DNA of 64,000 nt from a virus (taxonomy: Duplodnaviria > Caudoviricetes), in the IMG/VR virus record IMGVR_UViG_3300030376_006980, positions 1 through 64,000 of that record; one strand, written 5' to 3'. Both the position numbers and the translations under genes were made by a program. This document shows positions 1 to 9,595 of this stretch, piece after piece. Below the pieces are notes generated by a model. The model was not told the DNA's origin and ran no database searches. It saw nothing but the letters and a program-made list of their open reading frames with translations. Each line of letters opens with the position of its first letter. Within the stretch, counting starts at the first letter, position 1.

Positions 1-1
1 T

Positions 2-1417
2 CCTGTAAACGGTGCCCTAGATACTGTAGCTGCTCCATTATTAATTAAAGTAAATGCAACTCTTGCTGCTGGTACTTTTGCTGTAGATGATATTATCTAT
101 GTAGATACTGCTGCTGCTATTGCAACTGCTACTGCTGCTGGATCTTACGAATTAACTTTTGTTGGACTGTCAAGAATTGACGGATTCCCAATATTCAGAG
201 TAAGAGCTAACACATCTGCTTTAGGTGGTGTTGGTACTGCTGGTGTTCATAACACAGGCTTTACTTTCCAACAAGGTGCTGAAACTGCTGCTAGTCCATT
301 ATACTCTTGTATAGTTGACGGTGGTAACTTCCACGGTGCTGCTAACTTACAAAATCCATTAAATGCTGTATTAGCTGGTGGTAACGTTGTAGGTACTTTT
401 GCAACTCCAAATGGTTTAAGTTTAGTTAAAGCATTAGAAGACCATATTACTGGTTTCTCTGGTAACGCTTTCCAACCTGTAAACGATCCTGCTGGCCAAG
501 TTGCTGCTGGTGGTTTTGCTGGTATGAATGGTGTTGATCCTTACTTAAGAGGTGTTGGAGAATCAACTGTTGATAACATTATGGGACTTAGCTTATTCAA
601 CAAGTCTGTTGCTGCTGATACTTTCCAAGTAGCTGCTGCTGTGACTAGAGAGCAAGTACAAGACCTTAAGCAATTCGGTATCGATGCAGTAGCTCAAGTA
701 GAAGCTGTATTAGTAAACGAATTGACTCAGTCAATCAACAAGTACATCTTGGACAGAATCTTTAGAAACGGTGTAACTAACAACGCAAACGTTGCGGCTG
801 TAAATGGTACACAGTTATCTCAACAGTTTGACCAAGCAGGTGGTGCAACTACTGCAATTGCATTAGGACCTAACAACACTGCAAACGCTAACGTCAATGC
901 TGCCGGACTTCCTGCTGCACAGACTAACGTTTTAGGTGGTGGTAATGTACAAGGTACTTTACAGAGAAGAATCTACACTAAGATTCTTGCTGCAAGTAAC
1001 TTAATTGCTACAAGAGGTAGAAGAGGACCAGCTACTTTCGCTGTAACAGGTGGAGAAATGGCTACTGCTCTTCAATCAGTTGCTGGATTCGTTGCATATC
1101 CGTTATCAAATACAGTTAATCAAGCTGGTGGATCTTTATATCCAATCGGTGCGATCGCTGGGGTAACAATTTATGTTGATCCAAACAGAGCCTTCAATGA
1201 CTACACAATCGCTGTAGGAAGAAAAGGTGATGGTAACTCACCTGGTTTAGTATTCATGCCTTACTTAATGGCTGAATCAGTAGAAACAATCGCAGAAGGA
1301 ACTATGGCTCCTAAAATCGCGGTTAAATCTAGATTCGCTTTAGTAGATGCTGGATTCAATCCTGAATTAATGTATTACACAATGAACTTTACGTTCACTG
1401 GTTGTTCTATTATCTAA
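2..1417 (+). CDS. gp23: Major capsid protein, T4 gp23-like (5' partial; frame open from window start)
   Basis: Frame open from nt 2 (PVNGALDTVAAP...). VTREQVQDLKQFGIDAVAQVEAVLVNELTQSINKYILD resembles gp23 ELAQDLKAVHGMDADAELSGILATEIMLEINRE; C-terminal YxG/PY...TMAPKIAVKSRFAL is HK97-fold-like; strong terminator follows. Confidence 0.9.
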   Translation, partial: PVNGALDTVAAPLLIKVNATLAAGTFAVDDIIYVDTAAAIATATAAGSYELTFVGLSRIDGFPIFRVRANTSALGGVGTAGVHNTGFTFQQGAETAASPLYSCIVDGGNFHGAANLQNPLNAVLAGGNVVGTFATPNGLSLVKALEDHITGFSGNAFQPVNDPAGQVAAGGFAGMNGVDPYLRGVGESTVDNIMGLSLFNKSVAADTFQVAAAVTREQVQDLKQFGIDAVAQVEAVLVNELTQSINKYILDRIFRNGVTNNANVAAVNGTQLSQQFDQAGGATTAIALGPNNTANANVNAAGLPAAQTNVLGGGNVQGTLQRRIYTKILAASNLIATRGRRGPATFAVTGGEMATALQSVAGFVAYPLSNTVNQAGGSLYPIGAIAGVTIYVDPNRAFNDYTIAVGRKGDGNSPGLVFMPYLMAESVETIAEGTMAPKIAVKSRFALVDAGFNPELMYYTMNFTFTGCSII

Positions 1418-1440
1418 TAATAGTTTAATACTTTATATAG

Positions 1441-1467
1441 AAAGCCACTCTTCGGAGTGGCTTTTTT
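1441..1467 (+). terminator. Rho-independent terminator after capsid gene
   Basis: AAAGCCACTC-TTCG-GAGTGGCTTT plus T tract; cUUCGg tetraloop. Confidence 0.92.
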
Positions 1468-1479
1468 GTTTTAATATCA

Positions 1480-1490
1480 TTGATATATAA
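1480..1490 (+). promoter_or_regulatory. Putative late promoter (GATATATAA / GAATATATAA class)
   Basis: TTGATATATAA about 25 nt before ATG 1515; the motif recurs before other structural genes. Confidence 0.6.
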
Positions 1491-1514
1491 TAAAAGATAA
1501 AAAATTAAACTATC

Positions 1515-2357
1515 ATGGTAAAATTAAAAACATATGATCAATTTGTTAATGAAGCATTAATAGATGCAGTTAAGAATCCGATTAAATGGAAGAAGATTAA
1601 AAACAATGCTAAGAAATATCAAAAGGCTAAAGTAGCACAAGCTCTTAACGATGTAGATTTTGCAAAGAAAAAGGCAAAAGGAAAAGTTAGTATGACTGCT
1701 AAACAAAAAGAAGTTTTGGCCCAAGCAAATAAAGCTAAGAATGCTGCACTTAAAGATCAGGCTGATGCTATTACACAAAGAATGAATGATTTAGCAACAA
1801 CTGATGGTTTAAAAAAGGTTGCTGCATTGGCAAGAACTAAATCTAATCTTGCTGCTAATAAGATAGTACTTAAGGCTGCTGATGGTGAAGAAGCTAAACA
1901 ATTAAAAATTAAACAAACTGCATTATCTAAAAAGGCTGCTGAACAAGGTAAAGCTTTAGCTGACTATGAAGATACCTCATCTGATTCTAAAGATGATAAT
2001 GAAGGAGAAGCAGCAGCAAAATTAGAAAAAGGTATTAAGGACTTTCAATCTAATATGGATGCTGCTCAAGAAACTAAGAAAAAAGCTAAAGAAGCTTTGG
2101 TTAAATTAGGAGATAAGAAAAAAGAACAAGAAAAGAAAGGTACTGGTGGTGAAGACGGTGAAAAGGCAATGGATAAAATTAATAAGGAAATCACTAAACA
2201 AGAAAGATTAGTAACTGGTGCTGATGAAGATTATGCTGAACTTAAAAAGAAAAGAGATGGCTTAAAAGATAAGTTAGCTAATTTAACTAGTGAATCTTTT
2301 GAATATGTAGCAGAATCTGTTTCTCAGAAATTTGCAAGATTAAGATCAAATCTGTAA
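1515..2357 (+). CDS. Lys/Ala-rich internal head protein with capsid-targeting-like N-terminus
   Basis: N-terminus MVKLKTYDQFVNE|A resembles the T4 internal-protein CTS MKTYQEFIAE; coiled-coil-like composition; directly after MCP. Confidence 0.6.
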   Translation: MVKLKTYDQFVNEALIDAVKNPIKWKKIKNNAKKYQKAKVAQALNDVDFAKKKAKGKVSMTAKQKEVLAQANKAKNAALKDQADAITQRMNDLATTDGLKKVAALARTKSNLAANKIVLKAADGEEAKQLKIKQTALSKKAAEQGKALADYEDTSSDSKDDNEGEAAAKLEKGIKDFQSNMDAAQETKKKAKEALVKLGDKKKEQEKKGTGGEDGEKAMDKINKEITKQERLVTGADEDYAELKKKRDGLKDKLANLTSESFEYVAESVSQKFARLRSNL

Positions 2358-2371
2358 AAATAATTATTAAT

Positions 2372-2437
2372 ATGAAATGTGATTGTAAAATATGCGGCTG
2401 TGGTAAATCATGTGAATGTACATGTTGTAGCTGTTAA
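2372..2437 (+). CDS. 21-aa metallothionein-like micro-protein (MKCDCKICGCGKSCECTCCSC)
   Basis: Translated by hand; 9 Cys in CxC/CxxC/CC clusters; A/T-rich leader; fills the intergenic gap. Confidence 0.75.
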   Translation: MKCDCKICGCGKSCECTCCSC

Positions 2438-2448
2438 ATTAAAACCTT

Positions 2449-2952
2449 ATGTATAAAGTTCGTAAAATAAACTTTGGATGGTATAAAAGGCGGTATGGTA
2501 TTCTTCTAGAAAACTTACCGCCTTTGAAGCAAAAATTGCTTTTAAATAACCGTCATATGAAATGGTTAGATTCTGATACTCAAGCTTTTGAAATTATATT
2601 TAAAGTAGAGGATATGAATGGCCATGAAAAGAATGTTAATAAACCTATTTGGAATCCTTTCAGAGAAACATTCACCACACTTAAAGAATTAGAAAAAGAT
2701 GCGGATCTTATTGATTGGAATTGTGGAATATGTAAAGTTCCTATTAAATCTAGAATGGACTCTAAGAAAGTAGAAAATTTTGTTTGTAGTAAATGTTCTA
2801 AGGCTCATAACTCACGGAACAAAAGTGTAGATGGTAGAATTATAGATACATCAATTAAATTTACTAAACACTGTAAACACCTCTTAAAAAAGGAACAAAG
2901 AGAGTTTATGACTTATGCTAAAAGATCATCTAAGGCTAGCCGCCTGATTTAA
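2449..2952 (+). CDS. Hypothetical protein with CxxC-x17-CxxC zinc finger
   Basis: CGIC...CSKC; 167-aa ORF. Confidence 0.6.
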   Translation: MYKVRKINFGWYKRRYGILLENLPPLKQKLLLNNRHMKWLDSDTQAFEIIFKVEDMNGHEKNVNKPIWNPFRETFTTLKELEKDADLIDWNCGICKVPIKSRMDSKKVENFVCSKCSKAHNSRNKSVDGRIIDTSIKFTKHCKHLLKKEQREFMTYAKRSSKASRLI

Positions 2953-3729
2953 TGTAATTTTAGGAAATACTTTTAATCTGCTATTAGGTGATGCATTAAT
3001 TACTTCTACTCCAGTTCCTTTCAATTCATCATAAAGTTGTTTAAATCCTGGTAAAAACTTTTCTTTATATACTTTATCACCAGATGATCTAGTTGGATAG
3101 CCATCATGAAAATGTGTATCTTTTCCATCTTCTGCCATATCAAATCCTAGTAAGACAATTCTTTTTGCACCTAAATGATATGCTAAATTAATTGCAGCAT
3201 ACCCACTATTAAAACCATGAGCTAATGTTTCAGGATCAATTTCTAATCCATAAGGTTTTCCTTTTCTTAATATTTTAATGTCGGATGTATATTGACTTCC
3301 AGGTTTTAATGCAAATTTTAAACCTTTAAAACTATCTACTTCATTCTTAAACCATGTGTAGAATCTGCCATCGGTCCAATATACAACATCTGGATCTGTA
3401 ACATAAATTAAGGCTTTATTAATTGCAATTGTTCTTTTTCCATATAAAGATCTAAAATCAAAACCTTTTAATGACGGACCTCCTCCAACTATAAAAATTG
3501 TTTCGTTAGGAAATAATTTAGGAACATAAGAATATCTTACTGTTCTTGGTTTTTCTTCTGCTGCATTTTTAAGAGAGTGTTGAATTTTTGTAATGTTTGC
3601 TGCAATTGCTTGATTATTAGTAGTCCTTACAGCACTCCTCTCATCATTCCTTCTTTGAATATTAGTTCTAACATTTTGAGTAAAAATGGGTTCTTGAATA
3701 ACTTTTCTAACACTTCTTCTTTTTTGCAT
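2926..3729 (-). CDS. Maf/DUF115 (MptE-like, CstII-like fold) putative nonulosonate/Kdo-type glycosyltransferase; only credible minus-strand gene
   Basis: IFIVGGGPSL, IAINKA, GFNSGYAAINLAYHLGAKRIVLLGFDM, THFH; paralog at 42486. Confidence 0.65.
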   Translation of the reverse strand: MQKRRSVRKVIQEPIFTQNVRTNIQRRNDERSAVRTTNNQAIAANITKIQHSLKNAAEEKPRTVRYSYVPKLFPNETIFIVGGGPSLKGFDFRSLYGKRTIAINKALIYVTDPDVVYWTDGRFYTWFKNEVDSFKGLKFALKPGSQYTSDIKILRKGKPYGLEIDPETLAHGFNSGYAAINLAYHLGAKRIVLLGFDMAEDGKDTHFHDGYPTRSSGDKVYKEKFLPGFKQLYDELKGTGVEVINASPNSRLKVFPKITLNQAASLR

Positions 3730-3761
3730 AATAATACCTATTTTAATATTTATTCAATGTG

Positions 3762-3789
3762 TAAACAATCTTATTTTTTTACATATAAA
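3762..3789 (+). promoter_or_regulatory. Class B promoter (TAAACA-N16-TATAAA)
   Basis: Conserved bipartite motif upstream of clamp loader; 11 copies seen in window. Confidence 0.65.
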
Positions 3790-3802
3790 AATAAACATAT
3801 TT

Positions 3803-4765
3803 ATGCGGAACATACAAAACATTTTACTTACAGAGAAATACCGACCTAAAGTATTAGAAGATTTGATAACACCTAAAAGAGTAGGTGAAAAATTAAGTAA
3901 AGGAGTTTATCAACATTTATTATTACATGGTAGTCCAGGTACAGGAAAAACCTCAGCTGCTAAAGTATTAGTTAAACATTTCAAACATCCTTATCTTTAT
4001 ATTAATGCATCAACAGATACCTCAGTTGATATTGTAAGAAATAGAATAACTGACTTCTGTGCTAACCGTTCAATAATGGATGAGCCAGGAAAAATGAAAG
4101 TTATTATCCTTGATGAGATTGATGGAGTATCAGATCAATTCTTTAAAGCATTAAGAGCAACAATGGATCAATTTGCAGTAAATGCAAGATTTATTGCAAC
4201 ATGTAATTATATTAATAAAGTACCAGATCCTATTCAGTCTAGATTTGAAATGATTGATTTTGATTTTTCAAAGGAAGAAGAAACTGAAATAATGAAAAGT
4301 TACATTATGAGGATTCTTAAAATATGTAAAGATGAAGGTATTAGTATTGATAAACATGCAGCTGTTGAATTAGTAAAAAGAAAATTTCCTGATTTAAGAA
4401 ATATGTTAAATCAACTTCAAGGTTTTCAATCACAAGGAAAAGATACAATAACCGTTGAGGATATTAAACAATTTAGTTCTGTCTATAAAGATATTTATGA
4501 TTTAGTTATAGATGGTACAGATCCTGTAAAGAATTATCAATATATGTTATCAAATTATGCAAATAGAACCGATGATGTTCTATCTTCATTAGGTGCAGAA
4601 TTTATTGAGTTTATTCAACAAGAAAGACAATCATATATTCAATTTATACCTCAGGTGGTAGTAACAGTAGCAAAATATCAAGCACAAAGACAACAAGTAA
4701 TTGATCCTGCAGTATCTATGCTTGCATGTATTTATGAACTGCAATCAATATTAAATGGCGTATGA
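3803..4765 (+). CDS. gp44: Sliding-clamp loader AAA+ subunit (T4 gp44/RFC-like)
   Basis: EKYRP, Walker A GSPGTGKT, IILDEID, SRF sensor, FPDLR. Confidence 0.92.
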   Translation: MRNIQNILLTEKYRPKVLEDLITPKRVGEKLSKGVYQHLLLHGSPGTGKTSAAKVLVKHFKHPYLYINASTDTSVDIVRNRITDFCANRSIMDEPGKMKVIILDEIDGVSDQFFKALRATMDQFAVNARFIATCNYINKVPDPIQSRFEMIDFDFSKEEETEIMKSYIMRILKICKDEGISIDKHAAVELVKRKFPDLRNMLNQLQGFQSQGKDTITVEDIKQFSSVYKDIYDLVIDGTDPVKNYQYMLSNYANRTDDVLSSLGAEFIEFIQQERQSYIQFIPQVVVTVAKYQAQRQQVIDPAVSMLACIYELQSILNGV

Positions 4766-4917
4766 GAGCACAATTTTTAGAAAAATTAATAAAGAAATTT
4801 CCTAATGATTATCAATTAGGACAAGCAGTTAGAAGATATTACATCTTAAGACAAAATAAATTAACAAAAGAGGAATGTGAGGAAACTGTCTTAAAACAAT
4901 CTTTCAGTTTAAACTAA
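4762..4917 (+). CDS. Small hypothetical protein, 51 aa (MRAQFLEKLIKKFPNDYQLG...)
   Basis: Hand-translated; ATGA overlap with the upstream stop. Confidence 0.55.
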   Translation: MRAQFLEKLIKKFPNDYQLGQAVRRYYILRQNKLTKEECEETVLKQSFSLN

Positions 4918-4930
4918 ATTTTGTTATAAT
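4902..4930 (+). promoter_or_regulatory. Class A promoter (TTTCAG-N17-TATAAT)
   Basis: Exact 17-nt spacer; five copies in window. Confidence 0.7.
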
Positions 4931-4948
4931 TATATTAAATAGATTATT

Positions 4949-6184
4949 ATGAGAAAAACAGGAAGGCATACTTTTGTAATTGACGGTAACTATTTTCTTT
5001 TTAGAACATTATATGTTTTACCTAGAAAATCTAAAAAGGCTGAAATGCTTGGCACTGAAGAAGATGCTAATGTATTTATGAGAAAGCTTGCAACTGACTT
5101 TGCATATCAAATCAGATTATTCGAAGGTCTTATTGATAAGGTTGTATGGACCATTGATTCAAGATCATGGAGAAAAGATTTTTATCCAGAGGCAGAATAT
5201 AAAGGTAATCGTAAACAAGACAGTTCAATTAACTGGGCAAACTTTTCTAAGGTTACTGAAGAGTTTACACAATTACTTATTAAACAAGGAGTTATTTATT
5301 CTAAAGTAGACGGAGCAGAAGGTGATGATTTAATGTATGCTTGGAATACTGAATGTTTGGCAAATAACAAATCAGTAATTATGTTTACTGGTGACAGAGA
5401 TTTAGTTCAATTAGTAAATAAAAGTCAAAGTAATAATACTCATACTATTCTATTTTCACCTGCTCATAAAAAATTATATACTTATCAAGGTTTTTCTGAA
5501 TGGCTAACTGAGGAATCAAAAGAAGAGTCAACAGACCTATTTGATGTACTTAAGGTATCATCATCACCAGAGGCACAATCCAAAAAACTACTTTCATCAG
5601 TTATTTCTAAAAAGAAAGTTTCAGTTGTAGAAGTAGACCCTGAAGAGTTCCGTTTCCGCAAGGTCTTAACAGGTGACTCTGGTGATAATGTACCTCCTGC
5701 TTATTGGTATACTTTAACCAAGAATAATAAAACTAGGAGATATGGTATAAGTGAAGGTAAAGCAACATCTATTATTAGTGAATTTAAAGAAAAGCATGGT
5801 TCCTTATCTCATATGTATTTATATGATGATGGTTACATTACTGATTTAGCTAATATACTAATTAGACATATGAAGGCTAAACATATGAGTAGAGAGCAAA
5901 TTATTTCTAATCTTAAATCAAACGTTAATCTTATGGTTCTTAGTTCTCATACTATTCCAGAAGGTATATTAGATGAAATGTTTCAGTCAGTAGAATCTCA
6001 AATAAATATTAATGAATTGGTTTTGCCTAATGTTTCTACAATGAAAAAATTAGTTGCTGGAACAAAATATGATGCAGATGATAATACCGCAATTAAATCT
6101 GCTATCTTTAAAGGCGAAAAAGATGAAGATAGTAACGACTTCTCATTTATAACTAATAAGAAAACGAAAGGTAAAATTTTCTAA
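4949..6184 (+). CDS. 5'-3' exonuclease / flap endonuclease (T4 RNase H-like)
   Basis: VIDGNY, YKGNRK, AEGDDLM, TGDRDLVQL, LTGDSGDNVP. Confidence 0.88.
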   Translation: MRKTGRHTFVIDGNYFLFRTLYVLPRKSKKAEMLGTEEDANVFMRKLATDFAYQIRLFEGLIDKVVWTIDSRSWRKDFYPEAEYKGNRKQDSSINWANFSKVTEEFTQLLIKQGVIYSKVDGAEGDDLMYAWNTECLANNKSVIMFTGDRDLVQLVNKSQSNNTHTILFSPAHKKLYTYQGFSEWLTEESKEESTDLFDVLKVSSSPEAQSKKLLSSVISKKKVSVVEVDPEEFRFRKVLTGDSGDNVPPAYWYTLTKNNKTRRYGISEGKATSIISEFKEKHGSLSHMYLYDDGYITDLANILIRHMKAKHMSREQIISNLKSNVNLMVLSSHTIPEGILDEMFQSVESQININELVLPNVSTMKKLVAGTKYDADDNTAIKSAIFKGEKDEDSNDFSFITNKKTKGKIF

Positions 6185-6230
6185 AATAGAAAACAAACCT
6201 ATCCATAAGTCATATAAATAATAAAAGGTA

Positions 6231-6641
6231 ATGAAATTATTTGATTACATAAAGGTCTTATTTGGCCGAGACCAGCAATGGGACAAATTAAAAGGATATG
6301 ATAAATCTAAAAATTCTTTTATGACAAATAGATTTATGAGTATAAAATTTCCTATTCAAGCCAATATGTTTAATGCATTAAAGATTGATCCTATAGGTCA
6401 AGCAGAGGCATGGAGAATGGTTGCATCAAAATTTAATAGAGTACCTGGTTTTATTTATACAAAAACAAAAGCTTCTAAAAAAGTAAAAAAATGGGATCCT
6501 AATCCTAAGGCGTTAGAAATGTATTTAAAGATTAATGAAATAGGTAAACGTGATTTTAATGAAGCAATGAAACATATGCCATCTGAAATTAAAAATGCAA
6601 TAAACGTATTAGAAAAACAGATGAGTAATGATGTTAGTTGA
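6231..6641 (+). CDS. Hypothetical protein, possibly clamp-loader small subunit (gp62-like)
   Basis: KLFDYIK...NSFMTNRFMS pattern and proximity to gp44; weak. Confidence 0.4.
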   Translation: MKLFDYIKVLFGRDQQWDKLKGYDKSKNSFMTNRFMSIKFPIQANMFNALKIDPIGQAEAWRMVASKFNRVPGFIYTKTKASKKVKKWDPNPKALEMYLKINEIGKRDFNEAMKHMPSEIKNAINVLEKQMSNDVS

Positions 6642-7296
6642 TAATAGATTTGAATTAGAAATACCAACCCATATTGCATTTACTCTGTATAAGAATGATT
6701 ATGTTGATAACTTAATTATTTCTAAAGTAAAAAAGGAATGCCGAAATGAATCCAAAAAGAAGAATGAATTTATTGTATCTTTAGAAGGATTCCAGAATGC
6801 CATAAATTCTTCCGCATTTTTAAGAGCTGAATTAAAGAAAACTATTGGCCAGGATTTATTACCTAATCCTAATTTTAAACCTAACTCTATTTTCTTTTTG
6901 CAATCTATAATTAATAGATTACCTAATCTTAATAAAATCACATTTAAGATATCAGATGAAAAAATATTTTCGAGATTAGTTAAGGTTGATGGTGGTAGAG
7001 AAATTGTAAGTTTTCATTTTAATATTATTGAAGGTATGTTTGATTTAACTCAAATTTTAGATAGAGTACAATTAGATACATTTAATAAGAGATTTATGGC
7101 CGTAGGAATTATGAAAAATAAGTATCTTGAAAGAATTCCTTATTTTTATATTAAAGCCACTGTTTTATTTGATATACTCTCAGAAATGGATGAAGCACAA
7201 GTTTTTGATGCTTTTGATATTATAACTTCTGTAGATCCTAAAATAGAAGAAGATGATCCAATACTTTTAGTTAAGACTGACTATACACCGTATTAG
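6628..7296 (+). CDS. Hypothetical protein
   Basis: 222-aa ORF with typical codon bias. Confidence 0.6.
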   Translation: MMLVDNRFELEIPTHIAFTLYKNDYVDNLIISKVKKECRNESKKKNEFIVSLEGFQNAINSSAFLRAELKKTIGQDLLPNPNFKPNSIFFLQSIINRLPNLNKITFKISDEKIFSRLVKVDGGREIVSFHFNIIEGMFDLTQILDRVQLDTFNKRFMAVGIMKNKYLERIPYFYIKATVLFDILSEMDEAQVFDAFDIITSVDPKIEEDDPILLVKTDYTPY

Positions 7297-7328
7297 AACA
7301 TGAATATATAAACAAAATATGTTTGTAT

Positions 7329-7589
7329 ATGAAAAAGATCATTAGTTGGATAAGCGGCCTTTTAAAAGATGAAAAAGGTACTCCGTCTTCAAAAAGATTT
7401 ATTGGTATTGTTGCAGGTTTATCTTTATGTGCGGCATTATTCATTAATCTTTATACCGAAACACCAGTAGAACCTACCCTTGTTAATGCGGTGGCGGCAA
7501 TATGTATTGGTGGTTTAGGATTGGCTTCTGCTGATAAGATTTTTGGAAAGAAAAAACCTATTGGAGGAGATCAACAAATAAATTCATAA
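7329..7589 (+). CDS. Small 2-TM membrane protein (holin-like family)
   Basis: DEKGTPSSKRFIG followed by two hydrophobic helices; resembles 39946..40170. Confidence 0.55.
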   Translation: MKKIISWISGLLKDEKGTPSSKRFIGIVAGLSLCAALFINLYTETPVEPTLVNAVAAICIGGLGLASADKIFGKKKPIGGDQQINS

Positions 7590-7590
7590 T

Positions 7591-9564
7591 ATGGCAGTAA
7601 CAGGATCCACTACGAATGCTAATGGCGACCAGTTATTAGTTAGTTTAAAAACACCTTATGAAAATGTAGTAGAAGTTACAGGATTTACTGATTCTATTAC
7701 TGGAGAATCTACATCTTGTTTTTATAATAAAGATTTTAGGTGGGGTATTGATGGTGTGACTTATTCGGATTGGGTTCCTTTAACTGATGTTAATTTACAA
7801 TCTTTAGTTTTAGATCCTGCTAAACCTTTTTGGATTCAATATAGGTATACACAACAAGGTGATTGTACATTAACTTTTAATTCTATTGCATTAGAGATAT
7901 TAACTGACGGTGGTGTAATTTGTAAAATACCACAAATTAATTGTGAAGGTGCGGATGGTTGTTCAGGAGCTTTAAACTTAGCATTCGATTGTTGTAGTGG
8001 TGGGTGGAATCCTTATGATATATCTCGGGCTGGTCAAATGTATACTCAACTTTCAGCAATGGCTAGCAATTTATTTGGATTTTGTGTTGATTATTATAAA
8101 ACTAAAGCTGACCAAAGAAGTAGGGATGTTATCTTAAAAGAATATTCTTTATTTGATGTTATTAAGGAAGGTGAAATAAAAATCATGATTCCTGATAATG
8201 AATTACCAACACGAGATATAAACTTTAATCCATTAATGATGGATTTTCCTGTTCAATTTGAAATTCATATTGTAAAATCTGCATTTGAAGCTGTCTTTGG
8301 TATTGGATCTAAACCTCAGATGAGAGACTATTTATATTTTAAACAATTTATGAATAGAATGTACGAAGTAGATGCAATAGCAGAAGCTGACGACTTTATG
8401 TACACGGGTTCTTATTGGAGAGTAAGTTTAGTTACTTATCAACAAAGAACAAATGTTGGATATGAAAATACTCCTGAAGGTTTAGCAGCTGAAGCATCAA
8501 CAGAATCATTAGTTTCTAATGTTGAAGAAAAGTTCAGGGTTGAAAGAGAAAATGAATTTAAGGATGTTAGAAAACCTAATGAATATAACACAATAGGTAG
8601 TCAAGCAAATGATTATGTAAGAAGGTCTTTAAATAAAAAGATGACTATTACAGAAGAAAATGTTTATAATCAGTGGACTATTATTTCTAAATATCATTAT
8701 GCGCTAGGTACATTAGCAGATAAAACTTTAGGGGTTAAATACAGATATAAAGAAGGTTGGACTAGTAATGATAATAGAGCCTTTACATTTTGGTTTAGAC
8801 CAGTATATAAAAAGCCTATAGGAAAAAATGTTTTAATAACACAAATAAGTAATAATGCTAGTTATCCTATGTTAACTACATCAGGTCTTCCGTTAGGTGT
8901 TGATGAAATAAAAGCAGGTGATTGGATTGCTATAAGAGGAACTAATTCTTATAATGGAATTCAAAAAGTAAAAAGTGTTGATATGCCAACTAATACTTTG
9001 ACTTTAGATATTCCTTATGTTGATGATACTATAACTAACACTGCTAAATTTAATAAAGAAGTAAGTAATTCATTTATACAATATGGTACTGATAATGGGA
9101 ATGTAACTCCTGTAGAATTTATATTTACAATAAATTGGTTTATCATTAAACTTGGTAATGTTTACTATAAATATGATTTATCTAAAAAGTCAATAACTTT
9201 ACTAAAAGGGGAGTGGTATGCAGCAGTAATTAATTTAAACAATATAGCTAAGCAACTATCATTATTTTTATACAATACACCAGAAATAACAGGATCTATT
9301 AATCCTGATAGAACAGCTGACCTAACCAACATATATACAAATACTCAAACTGTTCCGGATATAGAAATACCTAATGATTATGCATGGAAATTATTAGGGT
9401 GTGAAACTGATTTAACTAATATCAGAATATGGAGTGAACCAATAGAAGAAGAATTGCAAGAATTAATCTTAAGTCAATATGTAGTAAAGGATTCTCATTT
9501 GGCTTTAGTATTAGATAATGCTTCACCTGAATTATTACTCCCTACAGTTACTAACCCAAGATAA
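7591..9564 (+). CDS. Neck/head-completion protein (T4 gp14-like core) with N- and C-terminal beta extensions (LamG-like)
   Basis: FGFCVDYY...D.ILKEY...FEIHIVK..F...P..RDYLYF....MYEV resembles gp14; FTFWFRP/GEWYAAVIN/NIRIWS LamG-like; upstream of terminase. Confidence 0.6.
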   Translation: MAVTGSTTNANGDQLLVSLKTPYENVVEVTGFTDSITGESTSCFYNKDFRWGIDGVTYSDWVPLTDVNLQSLVLDPAKPFWIQYRYTQQGDCTLTFNSIALEILTDGGVICKIPQINCEGADGCSGALNLAFDCCSGGWNPYDISRAGQMYTQLSAMASNLFGFCVDYYKTKADQRSRDVILKEYSLFDVIKEGEIKIMIPDNELPTRDINFNPLMMDFPVQFEIHIVKSAFEAVFGIGSKPQMRDYLYFKQFMNRMYEVDAIAEADDFMYTGSYWRVSLVTYQQRTNVGYENTPEGLAAEASTESLVSNVEEKFRVERENEFKDVRKPNEYNTIGSQANDYVRRSLNKKMTITEENVYNQWTIISKYHYALGTLADKTLGVKYRYKEGWTSNDNRAFTFWFRPVYKKPIGKNVLITQISNNASYPMLTTSGLPLGVDEIKAGDWIAIRGTNSYNGIQKVKSVDMPTNTLTLDIPYVDDTITNTAKFNKEVSNSFIQYGTDNGNVTPVEFIFTINWFIIKLGNVYYKYDLSKKSITLLKGEWYAAVINLNNIAKQLSLFLYNTPEITGSINPDRTADLTNIYTNTQTVPDIEIPNDYAWKLLGCETDLTNIRIWSEPIEEELQELILSQYVVKDSHLALVLDNASPELLLPTVTNPR

Positions 9565-9595
9565 CTTGGAATATATATTATAAATTTACAGTATA

